The notes under the pieces were generated by a model. The model did no database searches. It was given only the letters and a program-made list of their open reading frames with translations, and was not told the origin of the DNA. A program made the translations under genes and the position numbers. Below are positions 18,971-28,155 of a DNA stretch of 64,000 bases, piece by piece. This DNA is from Candidatus Binatia bacterium (GTDB lineage: Bacteria; Desulfobacterota; Binatia; Bin18): positions 1-64,000 of the forward strand of contig CAXXHG010000039.1 of the NCBI GenBank assembly GCA_963666315.2, given 5' to 3'. The first letter of the stretch is position 1. Each line of letters opens with the position of its first letter.

Positions 18971-20155
18971 TTACGGCTCCCGTGTCACCACGAGGCCGCT
19001 GCCACGTAACATAGGCGAGCCGTCAATCGCACATACTGCCGACGCATTCGGAACTTGGCGCTTCTCGGCTCGGTCTGTCACTTGCATGACCGCTTCGGCA
19101 ATATGGCCCATGCCGTGCAGCCGGCCTTCGCTCAGGCTGCCACCAAACGTATTGACTGGCAGTGGGCCTTCTAGGGCAATTCGCCCGTCTTGAATAAAAG
19201 CATACGCTTCACCTTCTCCACAGAATCCTGCCGCCTCAAGCCAGTACAAAGTGGAAGGGCTGAAGCCGTCATAGAGTTCGGCCGCACTCATATCTTGTGG
19301 GCCTAAACCGGACGATGCCCACAGTTTGCTTGCGAGTGAATTGCCTGACTCCATATAGTTGTCGAGCGAGTAGTGGAACAATGCTCGGCGCCGGCTCGTG
19401 TTCTGCCCGTACCCAGCGACATAAGCAGGCGGGTTGCGGAGATCTTGCGCCCGCTCGGCCGTGGTCAGCACCAGCGCTACACAGCCTTCGACCGGAATGT
19501 CGCAGTCAAACAAACACACAGGCTCGGCAATCCAGCGTGCAGAAAAATAATCTTCACGGGTCATAGGCGTGGTGTAAAAATACGCCCGCGGATTCAGGTT
19601 CGCATTGCGCCGGCTGTTTGTCACAAACGTGGCTAAATGTTCGCGGGTCGCTCCGTAGCGATGCATATAGCGCTGCCAGGCCATGGCATGCCACTGGAAA
19701 ATACTTGTGCAACCGTAAGGGGCCATGAACTGGGCGTCGCCTGCGGCTTTATTGCCGGACCAGGCGCCATAGCGTCCGCGCGGATTATGCAAGGCGCGCC
19801 AGACCAGCACGTAGTCACAGGCATCGCCGAGCAGAGCGTTGACTCCTTCGATTATCGGGCTGGCAATCATACCGGTTTCGATTTGTGCATACCAGCGAAT
19901 ATCGGGCGCGAGGGGGAGATGATTGATGATGTACTCAACGCTGACAATATTCTCGCCGTCTTTTGTGCCCGCGCCATGAAAGGGTGCTTCCGGATAGGTG
20001 GCGAGCCCGTCAATCTGCTTGGCTTGAACGCCTGCATCGTCAAGCGCTGCTCGACACGCGTCCAGGGTCAGGGAGCCGAGCGGCTTCTGCGGACGGCGAC
20101 TGAGTTCGGAGTAGCCAACGCCAACGATGGCCGTTTTTCCCTTACCTTGCCACAT
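18971..20155 (-). CDS. Thiolase-family (SCP2/Ltp2-like) protein
   Basis: TAIVGVG, IAEPVCLFDCD, ELYDGFS, VNTFGGSLSEGRLHG; no Cys at the expected N-terminal catalytic position. Confidence 0.9.
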   Translation of the reverse strand: MWQGKGKTAIVGVGYSELSRRPQKPLGSLTLDACRAALDDAGVQAKQIDGLATYPEAPFHGAGTKDGENIVSVEYIINHLPLAPDIRWYAQIETGMIASPIIEGVNALLGDACDYVLVWRALHNPRGRYGAWSGNKAAGDAQFMAPYGCTSIFQWHAMAWQRYMHRYGATREHLATFVTNSRRNANLNPRAYFYTTPMTREDYFSARWIAEPVCLFDCDIPVEGCVALVLTTAERAQDLRNPPAYVAGYGQNTSRRRALFHYSLDNYMESGNSLASKLWASSGLGPQDMSAAELYDGFSPSTLYWLEAAGFCGEGEAYAFIQDGRIALEGPLPVNTFGGSLSEGRLHGMGHIAEAVMQVTDRAEKRQVPNASAVCAIDGSPMLRGSGLVVTREP

Positions 20156-20231
20156 CGTACTCTCCGTTCATTTGTGTAGCGCCTGCTACGTCTCTGCCCT
20201 TTCGTCCTCATGGGCAATTCAGGAATTGCCC

Positions 20232-20660
20232 CTACCCGTGTTCGTCAACAAACTGAAACTTCGGCAGTGTCAGCTCCGCATCCACATCCTCAAAATAGAC
20301 TTCGACTTTTCGACCAATCTGGACATGTTCTCGTTCCGAGTCCGGCAGATGGGAGACCAGAAAGAGACATTGCTGCTCTTCAAGCTCGATAAGAATATTG
20401 AGATAAGGTAGCTCGTTTGCAAACCCGGCGACATTCGGTTGGTGCATGACGCTGAAGCTATAAATCGTTCCCCGCCCACTCACCTGCTCGAACGCCATCT
20501 CTCCGCCGTGACAGACATCACACATCTCGCGAGGGGGATGATTGAAATAACTGCAGGCTTGGCAGCGCTGAATGACCAGCCTGTGTTCCTTGGCCGCATC
20601 CCAAAACGGACGGGTGAGATCATCAATCAGCGGACGTGGTTTCGCTTGGGCATCTGACAT
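20232..20660 (-). CDS. Zn-ribbon + OB-fold (DUF35) acyl-CoA-binding partner
   Basis: PFWDAA...QRCQAC...PPRxxCxxC, SGRGTIYSFSV; adjacent to the thiolase. Confidence 0.92.
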   Translation of the reverse strand: MSDAQAKPRPLIDDLTRPFWDAAKEHRLVIQRCQACSYFNHPPREMCDVCHGGEMAFEQVSGRGTIYSFSVMHQPNVAGFANELPYLNILIELEEQQCLFLVSHLPDSEREHVQIGRKVEVYFEDVDAELTLPKFQFVDEHG

Positions 20661-20719
20661 AGTGTGTTCCCCGGTCAGCATCCTGCCACAAGAGACGTAT
20701 ATGATTCAATATAATAATA

Positions 20720-20818
20720 TTACAGATTGGTACCTGGCGAGCGCTGTATCGCATTGGAGAAGACCAATTGATTATCGAGGTCGTCAAGATTAGCCCTCGA
20801 GGAGATGTGTATAAATGA
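20720..20818 (+). pseudogene. C-terminal remnant of a RelE/ParE-family toxin
   Basis: Unlisted frame reads LQIGTWRALYRIGEDQLIIEVVKISPRGDVYK*; its TGA overlaps the antitoxin ATG (ATGA). In-frame stop at 20702 and no start. Confidence 0.75.
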
Positions 20819-21186
20819 AGGTCCAAATTATTGAGAAAAACGGCAAGCCAGAATGGGCTGTCATTCCCTATATGGAATATCGGCGTCTCTCGGAGGCCGC
20901 CGAGATGGCAGAAGACGTGCGGAATTTCGATGAAGCTGTCAGCCGAGACGAGGAAACGGTGTCCCGTGCCATTGTGAAGCGATTAGTCCTGGGCGAACAG
21001 CCCGTCAAAGTGTGGCGGGAGTATCGCGGGCTGACCCAGGCGGCCTTAGCCCGAGCCGCTAATATCACCGCCGCCTACTTGTCTCAAATTGAGACTGGCG
21101 CACGTAAAGGAGGCGTGCGAGTCCTTATCGCGCTCGCACGGACTCTCGATGTGGATGTGGAGGACTTGGTTCCCCAGGGAGCGTAA
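20815..21186 (+). CDS. XRE/HTH antitoxin (HigA-like)
   Basis: VQIIEKNGKPEWAVIPY N-terminus; VWREYRGLTQAALA...YLSQIETG HTH. Confidence 0.88.
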   Translation: MKVQIIEKNGKPEWAVIPYMEYRRLSEAAEMAEDVRNFDEAVSRDEETVSRAIVKRLVLGEQPVKVWREYRGLTQAALARAANITAAYLSQIETGARKGGVRVLIALARTLDVDVEDLVPQGA

Positions 21187-21507
21187 TCCAGTGCATGAGG
21201 CGGATTAGTGCAAGGAGCTGAACACGTCCTCGGGTGTAAGCGCGGGCTGTGCCTGATCCGCAATCAACGCTCTTGCTTGACGGGCGAGTTGTTTCTTATG
21301 TTTCCTAATGATCTTGTCTTCACGTACTTCAACCTCAGCTTTCATATCGTCCCTATATGGATATCTGCAGAGCATTTTCAAGAGTAAAAATTAATTTTCT
21401 TATCATTTTTCTGGAGTCGCGTTCCTGTACTTGACTCTGCTCCGGAGTCTTTTTACTGTTAACCAGTTGGTTAATTATTAACTCTCATTGGAACAAGGAG
21501 AACAGTT

Positions 21508-22158
21508 ATGCCGACCGTGTATGGAGTCAATCTGTCCCCATTTGTGAGAAAGGTTCGGGTGGCCCTGGCAGAGAAAGGCGTCCAGTACGACCTGGATCCG
21601 GTCAATCCGTTTGAAGCTGGAGCCGAGTATCGAAAGATCAGTCCCTTAGGCAAGATTCCGGCCTTTCGCGATGGTGATTTTACCCTGGCCGATTCGTCTG
21701 TGATTTGCGCCTATCTCGAACGCATCCACCCGGACCCGGCCCTGTATCCTATGGCTGACACACAGCAGTTCGCCCAAGCGTTATGGTTTGAGGAATATGG
21801 CGACAGTGGTGTTTCTCCAGCACTCGGCGTTGTCTTCTTTCAGAAGATTGTCGCACCGATGTTACTCAAACAAGAGTCTGACGAAGCACTCATCAAAAAA
21901 GCGCTCGAAGAAGATATCCCGCAGGTCTTTGATTACCTCGAAGGGCAGCTGGGCGAGGCCGACGCGCTCGTTGGTGGGCAGTTTTCGATAGGTGATATCG
22001 GTGTCGCCACCGCCTTTGTGAATTTTCACCATACCGGCAATAGTGTCGATGCCGCGAAGTGGCCGAAGTTAGCTCGATATATTGCTGCGATTCATACTCG
22101 CCCGTCATTTAAGGCGCTCATAGAAGAAGAGTTGGCCTTTTTTAAGCAGGCGGCGTAA
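21508..22158 (+). CDS. Glutathione S-transferase family protein
   Basis: SPFVRKVRVAL, SPLGKIP, DSSVICAYLE; AAGGAG RBS. Confidence 0.95.
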   Translation: MPTVYGVNLSPFVRKVRVALAEKGVQYDLDPVNPFEAGAEYRKISPLGKIPAFRDGDFTLADSSVICAYLERIHPDPALYPMADTQQFAQALWFEEYGDSGVSPALGVVFFQKIVAPMLLKQESDEALIKKALEEDIPQVFDYLEGQLGEADALVGGQFSIGDIGVATAFVNFHHTGNSVDAAKWPKLARYIAAIHTRPSFKALIEEELAFFKQAA

Positions 22159-22250
22159 AAGGGAAGGGGGGTGTTACCCCAGGGGGCGTTGGCCCCCCTG
22201 ATTCGGTGCACAGGAGGCTCCCCACAAAAGCATACAGGAGGCTAGTCGCT

Positions 22251-22637
22251 ATGATTACGTTCGGTACGCATTATCTGTTGACCATCGCTCAGAGCGAACG
22301 CCAAAAAGTACGCGATTTTTACAGTGGTCTGTTGGGCTGTCAGTTGCAGAGTTCGGACGGCCAGACCGAAAATATTCCCGACAACCTTAATCTGTTTGTT
22401 TTCCCTGGGGAAGAAGTCGTTGGCATGTAGTATACGGAAAAGGCCGACGAAATCTTAACCACAGCCCAACATCGACGCGGCTGTTGGATGGAGATTAAAA
22501 CAGACGATGTTGAGGGCTTAAAGCAAAAGCTGCGCGACTTTGGCGTGCAGGAAATTACTGACTTTTGGGATCCAGGACATTTTTACTTTCACGCACCAGG
22601 CGGCCAGGTGTATCCTCTGCTCCAGCTTGAAAGTTAG
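22251..22637 (+). pseudogene. VOC/glyoxalase-like protein interrupted by in-frame TAG (22428-22430)
   Basis: ERQKVRDFYSGLLGC...VGM*YTEK...WMEIKTDDV...FYFHAPGGQVY in one frame; AGGAGG RBS. Confidence 0.75.
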
Positions 22638-22660
22638 CGCCCCTCTTCTCAACAACAGCC

Positions 22661-23956
22661 ATGCGTGCCTCCGTTCACAGGCTAGACGCAACCTTTTCTG
22701 CGCTTGCCGATCCCACGCGTCGGACAATCTTAACGCATTTGGCAAAACAGGAGTCCTTGGTCAAGGATCTCGCGGCTCCGTTTGATATTTCCCCACCTGC
22801 CATTTCCAAACACCTGCGGGTGCTCGAACAGGTGGGCCTGCTCGCCAGGAGAAGAGAAGGGCAAGGGATACGCTGTCGGCTTGTTGCTGGTCCGATGAAA
22901 GAGGCGGCGGGCTGGATTACGCGCTATCAACATTTTTGGAAATGGCAGTTTGACGCGCTCGAACGGCATCTGGCGCAGTTGCCTGTGTCCGATGAGCCGA
23001 ACACGGCGAAGAGTTCCCAGCGTGGGCTCCGTCCCGTTGCCCTTCGTCAGCGTCGTCGGAGGGGAAAAGCCCGTCGGCCAAAATTTGCAAATTTTGCAGC
23101 TCGCGCATCTCGCTCATCTAGCCCGTCTCTCAACACTACCTTTGCTGCGCTGGCCAATGCTACTCGGCGGACGATCCTGACTCAGCTTGCCGAACGAGAA
23201 TCATCAGTCACAGAATTAGCCGTACCGTTTGACATGTCGATGCCGGCGGTTTCCAAACATCTGCGCGTCCTTGGCCGGGCGGGGTTGCTGACCCAGACCA
23301 AAGAGGGCCGAGCCCGACGGTGCCGACTGGTAGCGGAACCTCTGGCCGTAGCTGCGCACTGGATGGCGAAATATGAACGTTTTTGGGAAGATCGTTTTGT
23401 CGCGCTGGAGGAATATCTGCACGCGTCAAGTCAAAAGGAGCCAAGAGGAGCAAGAGGAGCAAGAGGAGCAAGAGGAGCAAGAGGAGAATACCCAATGACC
23501 AATATGCCGCCCCAGCCCGAGACCAGCCTGCAAATACGACGGACGTTTAGCGCTTCGCGAGAACGCGTATTCCAGGCCTGGACGGAGCCTGAAGAAATCA
23601 AGAAGTGGTTTGGCCCAGGCCAGATGGTCGCGCCGATGATAGCCCAGGCGGATTTGCGTGCCGGCGGGCACTACCGGTTTGAAATGCGGTCATCAGAAAA
23701 AACGACCATGATCATCCTGGGGATCTACCAGGAAGTCCAACCCCCGGAGCGTCTGGTGTACACCTGGGTGCATGACTGGGGAGATGGTAAGAAGAGCGAC
23801 GAGGAGACTCTGGTCACAGTTGAATTTCTCGATCAAGGAGACAAAACAGAAGTGGTCCTAACCCACGAACGCTTTCCGACCAAGCAGGAATGTGACGGAC
23901 ATCAAGAGGGTTGGAGCAACTGCTTCGAGGCAATCGAACGATATCTATCTGTTTAG
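22661..23956 (+). CDS. Fusion of two ArsR/SmtB HTH domains and an SRPBCC (AHSA1/START-like) domain
   Basis: TFSALADPTRRTIL...ISKHLRVLE; second TFAALANATRRTIL...VSKHLRVL; SLQIRRTFSASRERVFQAWT...HQEGW; no stops between domains. Confidence 0.85.
   Translation: MRASVHRLDATFSALADPTRRTILTHLAKQESLVKDLAAPFDISPPAISKHLRVLEQVGLLARRREGQGIRCRLVAGPMKEAAGWITRYQHFWKWQFDALERHLAQLPVSDEPNTAKSSQRGLRPVALRQRRRRGKARRPKFANFAARASRSSSPSLNTTFAALANATRRTILTQLAERESSVTELAVPFDMSMPAVSKHLRVLGRAGLLTQTKEGRARRCRLVAEPLAVAAHWMAKYERFWEDRFVALEEYLHASSQKEPRGARGARGARGARGEYPMTNMPPQPETSLQIRRTFSASRERVFQAWTEPEEIKKWFGPGQMVAPMIAQADLRAGGHYRFEMRSSEKTTMIILGIYQEVQPPERLVYTWVHDWGDGKKSDEETLVTVEFLDQGDKTEVVLTHERFPTKQECDGHQEGWSNCFEAIERYLSV
23442..23486 (+). 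repeat. 5 x CAAGAGGAG tandem repeat (Shine-Dalgarno-like), encodes (GAR)n
   Basis: Five exact 9-mers ending 8 nt before the SRPBCC ATG at 23495. Confidence 0.95.
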
Positions 23957-23984
23957 ATGGATTTTGCTGTTTAGATGAATTTTG
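23949..23984 (+). repeat. 18-bp tandem duplication over the SRPBCC stop codon
   Basis: CTGTTTAGATGGATTTTG followed by CTGTTTAGATGAATTTTG. Confidence 0.9.
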
Positions 23985-23997
23985 TGAAAGTCCCAAT

Positions 23998-24531
23998 ATG
24001 CGATGCCCCCAGTGCGATCTTGATAGTCCCGACGAGATGAAATTCTGCGGCGAGTGTGTCCACACCGGCCTCGCTGGCTGGCAAGCCACTGGGGCTGAGG
24101 TGGCCCTGCCGCATTTCTTTGCTTTGCAAGCCGAGATCCGTGGCCGTGACGAACATGTTGGTGAAGGATTGACCCTACTCGACGAAGCGCTTTCCGTCGT
24201 GGAGAAAAACGGCGAGCGCTATTATGAGGCGGAGCTGTATCGAATGAAGGGCGAGTTCCTGATTCAACAGGCGAAAGTTGCTAGCCTCCAACCCCCAGCC
24301 CCTAGTCCCCAGGCAGAAGAATATTTTCTCAAGGCTATTGAGATCGCCCAAGAACAAAAAGCGAAATTCTGGGAGTTGCGGGCGGCGAAGAGCTTAGGCC
24401 GATTGTGGCATGAACAGGGGAGGGGCGTAGAGGCGCGGCCGATGATTCAAGAAATCCACGACTGGTTTACCGAAGGATTTGGCACAGCTGATCTCCAAGA
24501 GGCCAAGACATTGTTAGACACGCTGGCGTAG
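23998..24531 (+). pseudogene. Internally deleted Zn-ribbon/cyclase/AAA/TPR protein (only the N- and C-termini remain)
   Basis: MRCPQC...KFCGEC joined directly to the C-terminal ATGAE...YEAELYRMKGE...WELRAA.SL.RLW...WFTEGF.TADLQEA tail. Confidence 0.75.
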
Positions 24532-24598
24532 GGGCGAAGCATTTCTCTATGAACGAGCAGGGCACTCTGACATTTAGACAAAAATGCTACACCCCTAC
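24528..24598. repeat. 71-bp GTAG-family REP doublet (REPIN/MITE-like), copy 1
   Basis: GTAGGGGCGAAGCATTT...AAATGCTACACCCCTAC terminal inverted repeats; colinear homolog at 33840-33910. Confidence 0.85.
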
Positions 24599-25746
24599 AC
24601 ATTACGGATTGTATCAATCTCTGCCGACACCCGATCAATTTCGTCTTCTGTCGTATAGAAATGAGGCGAAATGCGCAGTCCGCAGCGCGGGCGGTAGTCA
24701 ACAAATATACGCTGGCTGACCAGCTTCTCTTCGGCCTGGGCAGCGCCGTCGAAGTCGATGCACACCAGGCCGCCGCGCTCAGTTGCGTCTCGGGGCGTGT
24801 TGATATGCAGATCGCGTGTAAGCGCACCTTCGATCAGGCGTTCGCACAACTCAATAATCCACGGACGAATGTGCTCGACGCTGACTTTGAGTAAAATCTC
24901 ATAGCCCGACCGCGCCGCGTACAGGGCGGACATGCCTGGAGTACCACTCAGAAAACGCTGGGCGTCGTGGGCGTAATCGATGTCATCAGTAAAGGCAAAG
25001 GGCTGCTCCTGGGAGAACCAACCGGTCATGAACGGCTGGCGAGACTGGAGTTGGTCAGGGCGGACATATAAAAAGGCTGCGCCCGGCCCGCCGCATAACC
25101 ACTTATGTGATCCACCGATCACGAAATCGGCCTGCCAGGCTTGAACGTCAATCGGGACGATACCGACGGTTTGATACGCGTCAACAATAACCTGGGCTCC
25201 GCGTTCATGCGCGGCCTGAACAATGGGGGCAACATCGATCAACGCCCCGGAGCGGTACAAACCATGATCCAAGACGACAAGCAGGGTGTCGTCATCACTT
25301 GCGTCAATAAAGCGTTCGGCCGGCTGCCGAATACCGTCGGGCGACGGAATCTCGATTGGACGTGCACCAAGCCGGGTACGCGATTGGATATTGTAACGCA
25401 GGGTAGGAAACGTTAGCTTCGAATACAAAATCTTGTTGCGCTTTCCCCCAAAGTCAAAGCACGAGAGGGCTGCGTTAAACAGTGCCGATACATTCTGATG
25501 CATGACCATGCTGTCAGCCGTGGCACCCAGAAACTGCCCAATCAGCCCTGTGGTTTCGTTAAAAAACCCCATCCACCGATCCCAGACCGCGCTGCCTTCC
25601 TGTTGCCAGCTTTCAGCGTACTCGCGCAGCCGGTCAGTCGTGGCTTGAGGCATTGCGCCCATGGAGTGTGAGATGAGATAGGTCGAGGTTTCGAAAATCG
25701 GAAAGTCCGCTCGCCAGTGTTCAAGATTACTAAGATTATGCGCCAT
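24595..25746 (-). CDS. kynU: Kynureninase-like class V PLP enzyme
   Basis: YLISHSMGAMP, VDAYQTVG, GSHKWLCGGPG, GWFS, DYRP..GLRISPHFY; overlaps the TDO pseudogene. Confidence 0.8.
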   Translation of the reverse strand: MAHNLSNLEHWRADFPIFETSTYLISHSMGAMPQATTDRLREYAESWQQEGSAVWDRWMGFFNETTGLIGQFLGATADSMVMHQNVSALFNAALSCFDFGGKRNKILYSKLTFPTLRYNIQSRTRLGARPIEIPSPDGIRQPAERFIDASDDDTLLVVLDHGLYRSGALIDVAPIVQAAHERGAQVIVDAYQTVGIVPIDVQAWQADFVIGGSHKWLCGGPGAAFLYVRPDQLQSRQPFMTGWFSQEQPFAFTDDIDYAHDAQRFLSGTPGMSALYAARSGYEILLKVSVEHIRPWIIELCERLIEGALTRDLHINTPRDATERGGLVCIDFDGAAQAEEKLVSQRIFVDYRPRCGLRISPHFYTTEDEIDRVSAEIDTIRNV

Positions 25747-26541
25747 ACGATCCTCCTCCGAGTTGGGTCCGAACGTCCCACAGAATGGGGAAAAACCGCA
25801 GGCTGACGCGGCCCTGGAGGTAACGTTCGCCGGGTGCCTGAAAAGAGGCTTGGCCTAAAAGTTTTCCGGTATGGACATCGCCCGTGCCGGGTTTTGCGCC
25901 AACCATGCGTTTGGCCATTAACGCGTGGCGCGCACGCCACACGCGGAATTGCTCGTCATATTCGATCATGGCCTCACACAATTGGTGCAGATCTAAGTGT
26001 TGTGGATCAGTATACAGCTGCTCTACTGCGTTTGTTTGTTGATCTGTATTGTCAACGACAAAGCCTCGGCTATGCAGCAAATCACAAAACGCACTCCACA
26101 GGTGCTGTCCATCGTGCGCTGCCCGAAGCCGCCGTTTGGCTTCAGTGTCGGCGTCAAACAGCTCAAAAAAACGTTCGTCCCGCAAGCCGGACAGAAATTC
26201 CAGTTCGCGAAACTGGCGGGCTTGAGTAGATCGCGAAATTCAAGAAACTGCGCGGGCGAAATGGTTTCGAGCACCTGGATCTGCTGGATCATCACCCGCT
26301 CGATTTCAATCAAGCGCCGAAAGAGCCACACCGCCTGACGCACGCGCTCCGCCTGCAGATGGTCGATAATGGCCCGAACCTCATACAGCAGCAACCGAAA
26401 CCACAGTTCATACGACTAATGGATAACGATGAATTGCAGCTCGTCGTGAGCCGGCGGGTCAGAACGTGGAGTCTGGAGGTTGAGGAGTTCCGGCAGGCGG
26501 AGGTAGGAATCGTATGTAAGGTCCTGCTTGGCTTGTCTCAT
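25736..26541 (-). pseudogene. kynA: Tryptophan 2,3-dioxygenase pseudogene
   Basis: TYDSYLRLPELL...HDELQFIVIH*SYELWFR (TAG at 26416-26418 in place of the conserved Gln); the SGFQS loop is deleted with a frameshift near 26215; WRARHALMAKRMVGAKPGTG downstream. Confidence 0.9.
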
Positions 26542-26599
26542 AGAAGTTTATTGTACTGCTGAAGGGCGGGAGTGGGCAATGAGGCGTTAGTTAAGGTTC

Positions 26600-26908
26600 C
26601 GTCCCCTCCAAGGAGGGGTGGCGGTCCAACCAAAGGTCGGCGGCCGGAGTGGGTAACTCCCGCTCGCATCTCCCGGATTCCACTCCGTTCCATCCAGGCT
26701 ACAGGGTAGGATTTGAACACCATACGGCGCTGTACCTGCCCTTGTTGTAGGGGCGAGATGACCTCGCCCAGGGCGTACGGCTCGCCGGGCGGAGGCTAGG
26801 CTGGACCCTCGAATATATGCGGTTTGGAGAGCCCTGACGTTACGTGCGTAGGGGTGCCCGGCTGGTCACCCGTAGGTCAGGTTACGCTCCGCTAACCTGA
26901 CCTACGGG
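26600..26908. repeat. Cluster of REP-like palindromes
   Basis: CCCCTCCAAGGAGGGG; CCCGGATTCCACTCCGTTCCATCCAGGCTAC (26672-26702); GTAGGGGCGAGATGACCTCGCCC (26747-26769); GTAGGGGTGCCCGGCTGGTCACCC; CCCGTAGGTCAGGTTA-N8-TAACCTGACCTACGGG (26869-26908). Confidence 0.8.
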
Positions 26909-26922
26909 GAGAGAGAAACTTC

Positions 26923-28041
26923 CTACTGCCTTAACCCCGCTTGCCGCATTAGCGGCATCACGCGCTCGCCGAAATATTTGATCTCCTCATTATAATCGAG
27001 CCAGGAGACAATAAGCCCCTCAATGCCGATGTTTGAGATTTTGGTCATTTCATCGACTACCTGCTCAGGCGTGCCGACGAGGGGATAGCCGCCCCAGCCG
27101 GCAATAAAACGTTCGGCAAACTGGGTCAGGGCTGCTTCACTAAACGACTGACTTTCCATGCCCAGCAGGCCGAGAATAGTGCGTGCCGCCGTCCAGTCGC
27201 CTTTCTCAATCACATAGTCATACGCCTGCTTGGCCTCTTTTTCCGTGTCTCGACAAACCACGAACGCATACGACATCATGCCGATCTCGCGCCCGTAGCT
27301 GTGAGCGAGTTGTTTGACATCGTCGACTACCTCTTTGCCGTGCTCCAGGGTATCGACTTGAATGAAGTTGAAATCTACCTCGCGGGCGGAAAAGTCTCTG
27401 CCGGCCGGTGAGAAGCCGGCGTTAATCAGGGTAGGGTGGGGCTTTTGGACCGGCTTGGGCAGCATATAGCCGTCTTTGACCTGAAAGAACTCGCCGGTGT
27501 GATCAAAGTTTTGCTCGGTCCACAGACGCTTAATGACGTGTATCCACTCGCCAGCGTAGCGGTAGCGCTCGTCGTGCTCCATCTGCTTGGCAGCAAACAT
27601 CTCCATTTCCGGCGAGAACCAGCCGCACACAATGTTTAAGCCCCAACGGCCTTCGGAAATATGATCAATGGTGGCTCCCTGTTTGGCTGCGACAAGGGGA
27701 TGAACGGTCGGTGCATGCGAGGTCGAAAAGAGCATGATGTTTTTGGTCTGGGTGGCCATGGCCGTCGCCCAGGTATAGGTCTCCATGCAGTCACCGTTGA
27801 AATCGGTCGTACCGCCAAAACCTTTCCAGCGTCCAACCGGGACAAGCAGTTCAAAACCCAAATTATCTGCCTGCTGGGAAATAAGAACATTGTGTTTATA
27901 GGTCGGCTCAAATGTGGTCTCGGCGTGCGTGATAGTACAGCCGTAGCTGCAGTTCTGACCAAAAACACCCAGCTTCATTTTGTTGTCATTAAAGACGGGT
28001 ACGTGTGTGCGGCGGTATTCTTTCAGGTCGTCCGGATGCAT
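26923..28041 (-). CDS. LLM-class flavin-dependent monooxygenase (RutA/SfnG-like)
   Basis: PVGRWKGFGG.TDFNG, HPLVAAKQGATIDHISEGRWGLNIVCGW, NAGFSPAG, GYPLVGTPEQV. Confidence 0.9.
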   Translation of the reverse strand: MHPDDLKEYRRTHVPVFNDNKMKLGVFGQNCSYGCTITHAETTFEPTYKHNVLISQQADNLGFELLVPVGRWKGFGGTTDFNGDCMETYTWATAMATQTKNIMLFSTSHAPTVHPLVAAKQGATIDHISEGRWGLNIVCGWFSPEMEMFAAKQMEHDERYRYAGEWIHVIKRLWTEQNFDHTGEFFQVKDGYMLPKPVQKPHPTLINAGFSPAGRDFSAREVDFNFIQVDTLEHGKEVVDDVKQLAHSYGREIGMMSYAFVVCRDTEKEAKQAYDYVIEKGDWTAARTILGLLGMESQSFSEAALTQFAERFIAGWGGYPLVGTPEQVVDEMTKISNIGIEGLIVSWLDYNEEIKYFGERVMPLMRQAGLRQ

Positions 28042-28155
28042 GGGTGTTTCTTCCTTCCGAAGTGGTGCTGTCTTGCGCCTTTTGCGCCTCTTGTATTTGT
28101 TTAGAGCCTATGTCTTTGTAGGCTGAGTTCAAAGTACCAGAAGGCAGCTACTCTT

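Noticed and set aside
18971-20660. Thiolase/DUF35 pair as a new system
   Set aside because: A well-known pairing (Ltp2-DUF35 aldolase type); only the substrate is unknown.
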